10,133 bases of DNA from Aulosira sp. ZfuVER01 (GTDB lineage Bacteria; Cyanobacteriota; Cyanobacteriia; Cyanobacteriales; Nostocaceae), in contig JAVRCV020000067.1 of NCBI GenBank assembly GCA_034530615.2, positions 1-10,133 on the forward strand, written 5' to 3'. This document shows, piece by piece, positions 8,193 through 10,133 of the stretch. Under the pieces are notes generated by a model. The model ran no database searches. It was not told the DNA's origin and saw only the letters and a program-made list of their open reading frames with translations. A program made the translations under genes and the position numbers. The stretch's first letter is position 1. Every line of letters begins with the position of its first letter.

Positions 8193-8248
8193 AAACCATA
8201 GATGAATACCGATATTTATCTGTGTTTATCAGTGTTCATCTGTGGTTT
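8193..8248. terminator. 22-bp-arm inverted repeat built from 10-bp units, probable terminator or processing hairpin after acs
   Basis: AAACCATAGATGAATACCGATA (8193-8214) pairs with TATCAGTGTTCATCTGTGGTTT (8227-8248) with two G-U pairs and one mismatch. Tandem units TTTATCTGTG, TTTATCAGTG, TTCATCTGTG occupy 8215-8244. It begins 16 nt after the acs stop. Confidence 0.7.
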
Positions 8249-8310
8249 AATCTTCCAACAACTGAACAAGCTAAAATAAGCCCATCAACACTTGATGCCG
8301 GATCAATTTT

Positions 8311-9033
8311 ATGAGCATTGCTCAAGAATTAGATTGTCAAGAAAGCATCTCCCAAGATGTTATCTTTCCCCCTGGTGATTTATATAGTGACGAACCTCCC
8401 TTGGAAACAGAACTACATCTGCGACAAATAATTCTACTTTTGATCTGTCTAGAATGGTTGTGGCGAGATAGAAATGATTTCTACGCTGCTGGAAACTTGA
8501 CCATCTATTACAGCCCGCATCAACGCAAATCAGAATATTTCCGGGGGCCAGACTTTTTTGTAGTGTTGGGAACTGAACGCAAAACCCGTAAAAGTTGGGT
8601 AGTTTGGGAAGAAGATGGCAAATATCCTAATGTAATTGTCGAAATTCTTTCTGACTCAACTGCTAATACTGATAAAGAATTTAAGAAAGAACTTTATCAA
8701 GATACTTTCCGCACACCCGATTATTTTTGGTTCGACCCATATACATTAGAATTTGCTGGATTTCATTTACTAGATGGTGAATATCAACCTCTAGAAGCAA
8801 ACGAACAAGGACATTTGTGGAGTCAGCAGCTAAGGTTATATCTGGGAGTTTATGAAGGACTATTGCGGTTTTTTACACCAGAAGGGCAATTAGTTTCAAC
8901 ACCAGAAGAAACAGCAGAACTCGCAGTACAAAGATTAGAACAAGCAGAACAAAGGGCGCAACAGGAAACTCAAAAAGCAGAACGCTTGGCAGCCAGATTG
9001 CGGGAGTTAAATATCGACCCAGATACAATTTAA
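8311..9033 (+). CDS. Uma2 (DUF820) family PD-(D/E)XK putative endonuclease with C-terminal coiled coil, 240 aa
   Basis: SDEPPLETELH, GPDFFVV, PNVIVEILS, KKELYQ, YFWFDP and the tail EQAEQRAQQETQKAERLAARLRELNIDP typical of cyanobacterial Uma2 proteins. TAAAAT -10-like hexamer at 8272-8277. Confidence 0.92.
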   Translation: MSIAQELDCQESISQDVIFPPGDLYSDEPPLETELHLRQIILLLICLEWLWRDRNDFYAAGNLTIYYSPHQRKSEYFRGPDFFVVLGTERKTRKSWVVWEEDGKYPNVIVEILSDSTANTDKEFKKELYQDTFRTPDYFWFDPYTLEFAGFHLLDGEYQPLEANEQGHLWSQQLRLYLGVYEGLLRFFTPEGQLVSTPEETAELAVQRLEQAEQRAQQETQKAERLAARLRELNIDPDTI

Positions 9034-9081
9034 TTAGCTATTACGCATTGAAATTGTATGTACCTCACTGAGGTTGTCACG

Positions 9082-9123
9082 AGTCAAGAGTCCAAAGTCC
9101 AAGCTATTCTTTGACATTGGACT
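9082..9123. repeat. STRR-like 7-bp repeat hairpin between the two Uma2 genes, same family as 6054-6115
   Basis: AGTCAAG AGTCCAA AGTCCAA (9082-9102), a short loop, then inverted units TTTGACA TTGGACT (9110-9123). Confidence 0.8.
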
Positions 9124-9139
9124 ATAAAATAGTGATAAT
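9111..9139 (+). promoter_or_regulatory. Candidate sigma70-type promoter for the second Uma2 gene
   Basis: TTGACA (9111-9116), 17-nt spacer, GATAAT (9134-9139). An alternative -10, TAAAAT, lies at 9125-9130. ATG at 9159. Confidence 0.45.
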
Positions 9140-9158
9140 CCACATACCCGAAGCGGCA

Positions 9159-9722
9159 ATGGTTCAAACTCCCAGCAAACCCTTGACCCTTGAAGAATTT
9201 CTCCAGCTACCAGAAACCAAACCCGCCAGCGAATTCATCAACGGTCAAATTATTCAAAAGCCTATGCCCCAAGGAAAACACAGCACGGTTCAAGGAGATT
9301 TGGTTCCAGCAATCAATACAGTGCTGAAACCAAGTCGGATCGCTCGTGCCTATCCAGAACTGCGTTGTACCTTTGGAGGCAGGTCGCTTGTCCCTGATGT
9401 CACTGTCTTTACCTGGGAACGCATTCCCCGTGACGAGAACGGCAAAGTATCCAACAACTTCTTAATTGCTCCTGATTGGACTATCGAAATCCTTTCCCCC
9501 GACCAAAGCCAAACTAAAGTCGTCCGTAATATCCTCCACTGCCTTGCTCACGGTACTCAGATGGGCTGGTTGATTGACCCTGAAGAGGAACTGGTATTTG
9601 TTTATTTTAGCGATCGCACTCTTGCCGTCTTTGAAGAAGAAAGCGATTGCCTCCCCGTTCCATCTTTTGCTGAGTCCTTCAGCCTCACTATTGGTCAAAT
9701 CTTCAGTTGGCTCACCGAATAG
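9159..9722 (+). CDS. Uma2 (DUF820) family putative endonuclease, 187 aa
   Basis: MVQTPSKPLTLEEFLQLPETKPASEFING..PMPQGKHS, PELRCTFGGRSLVPDV, APDWTIEILSPDQ, MGWLIDP. ATG at 9159 is preferred because the TTG at 9111 lies inside the repeat hairpin. Confidence 0.93.
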   Translation: MVQTPSKPLTLEEFLQLPETKPASEFINGQIIQKPMPQGKHSTVQGDLVPAINTVLKPSRIARAYPELRCTFGGRSLVPDVTVFTWERIPRDENGKVSNNFLIAPDWTIEILSPDQSQTKVVRNILHCLAHGTQMGWLIDPEEELVFVYFSDRTLAVFEEESDCLPVPSFAESFSLTIGQIFSWLTE

Positions 9723-9727
9723 CATCA

Positions 9728-9764
9728 GTTCACTTTTGGCTTGTGCTTAAGTGCCGAAGAGAAC
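9728..9764. terminator. Weak hairpin between convergent genes
   Basis: TTTTGGC (9734-9740) pairs with GCCGAAG (9753-9759) using G-U pairs, with outer GTTC/GAAC. Confidence 0.3.
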
Positions 9765-9766
9765 AT

Positions 9767-10129
9767 TTAAACCGTGATAATTGATTTAATTTTATTCTGC
9801 GTTTGCTCAAGTTCTTGATACTTTTGAGAAATCCACGCCTTATCAGCTTCACGGTCTTCTACAGTTTCTTGGTGAACTTTTTCCTGTTGTTCTAGGAGAT
9901 TTTCGTAAAGTGAGATAGCTTCACCAATAACTCGACTTACCGAGTCTAGTTTACTATCAAAAACTGTATCAATAATTTCACTTAATTTTTCAGATACTTT
10001 ATCTTTAGACTCCTCAAATTTTTTCAATCCTAACTCTAAAACTTTACTCTTAATTTTGCCATGTATTCCATCAACATCTAATACCAATTCGCCAAAATAA
10101 GACAACACATGAGAAAATAATATAAATGC
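9767..10129 (-). pseudogene. Helical C-terminal fragment resembling the end of cyanobacterial dynamin-family proteins, with an in-frame stop immediately upstream
   Basis: Translation AFILFSHVLSYFGELVLDVDGIHGKIKSKVLELGLKKFEESKDK...LYENLLEQQEK..ETVEDREADKAWISQKYQELEQ recalls the stalk C-terminus of cyanobacterial dynamin-like proteins (from memory; no GTPase motifs in the window). The frame is closed by TGA at 10132-10130. Confidence 0.55.
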
Positions 10130-10133
10130 TCAT

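Larger units (their letters stand above)
301..9617. repeat. HIP1 (highly iterated palindrome GCGATCGC), 10 dispersed perfect copies
   Basis: Copies start at 301, 351, 2459, 2794, 2999, 5127, 6621, 6662, 7437 and 9610 (counted by eye). About one per kb is a hallmark of cyanobacterial genomes. Confidence 0.92.

Noticed and set aside
6512..8199. Alternative-frame and antisense ORFs within acs (6512-6940, 6517-6786, 6939-7211, 7001-7267, 7150-7332, 7765-8199)
   Set aside because: They overlap a highly conserved gene and have no independent coding evidence. The Cys-rich 6517-6786 peptide is an off-frame by-product.
9111..9158. TTG start at 9111 for the second Uma2 gene
   Set aside because: It lies within the repeat hairpin and candidate promoter. 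The typical family N-terminus begins at ATG 9159.
9462..9725. Minus-strand 87-aa ORF
   Set aside because: Antisense shadow of the second Uma2 gene.

Overview
Cyanobacterial genomic DNA, judged from ten HIP1 octamers (GCGATCGC), STRR-type short tandem/inverted repeats and Uma2 genes. In order, the window holds: the tail of a 21-bp tandem repeat; a Zn-dependent HDAC/AcuC-family deacetylase; a convergent AT-rich DUF1295/steroid-reductase-like membrane protein; a short intergenic tyrosine-recombinase-like relic; a tRNA-dihydrouridine synthase; a Pat-type protein (NDP-forming acyl-CoA ligase fused to a C-terminal GNAT) directly followed by AMP-forming acetyl-CoA synthetase (acs); two Uma2 endonuclease genes; and a probable C-terminal fragment of a dynamin-like gene with an in-frame stop just upstream. 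The most notable points are: (1) a possible complete writer/eraser/target lysine-acetylation module (Pat, deacetylase, Acs); (2) this Pat keeps both phospho-histidines of active ADP-forming ligases; (3) a palindromic 8-bp-repeat element sits in frame inside pat, adding roughly 35 residues; (4) the integrase-like relic lies just upstream of the dus gene. All family assignments come from motif recognition by eye, not from database searches.
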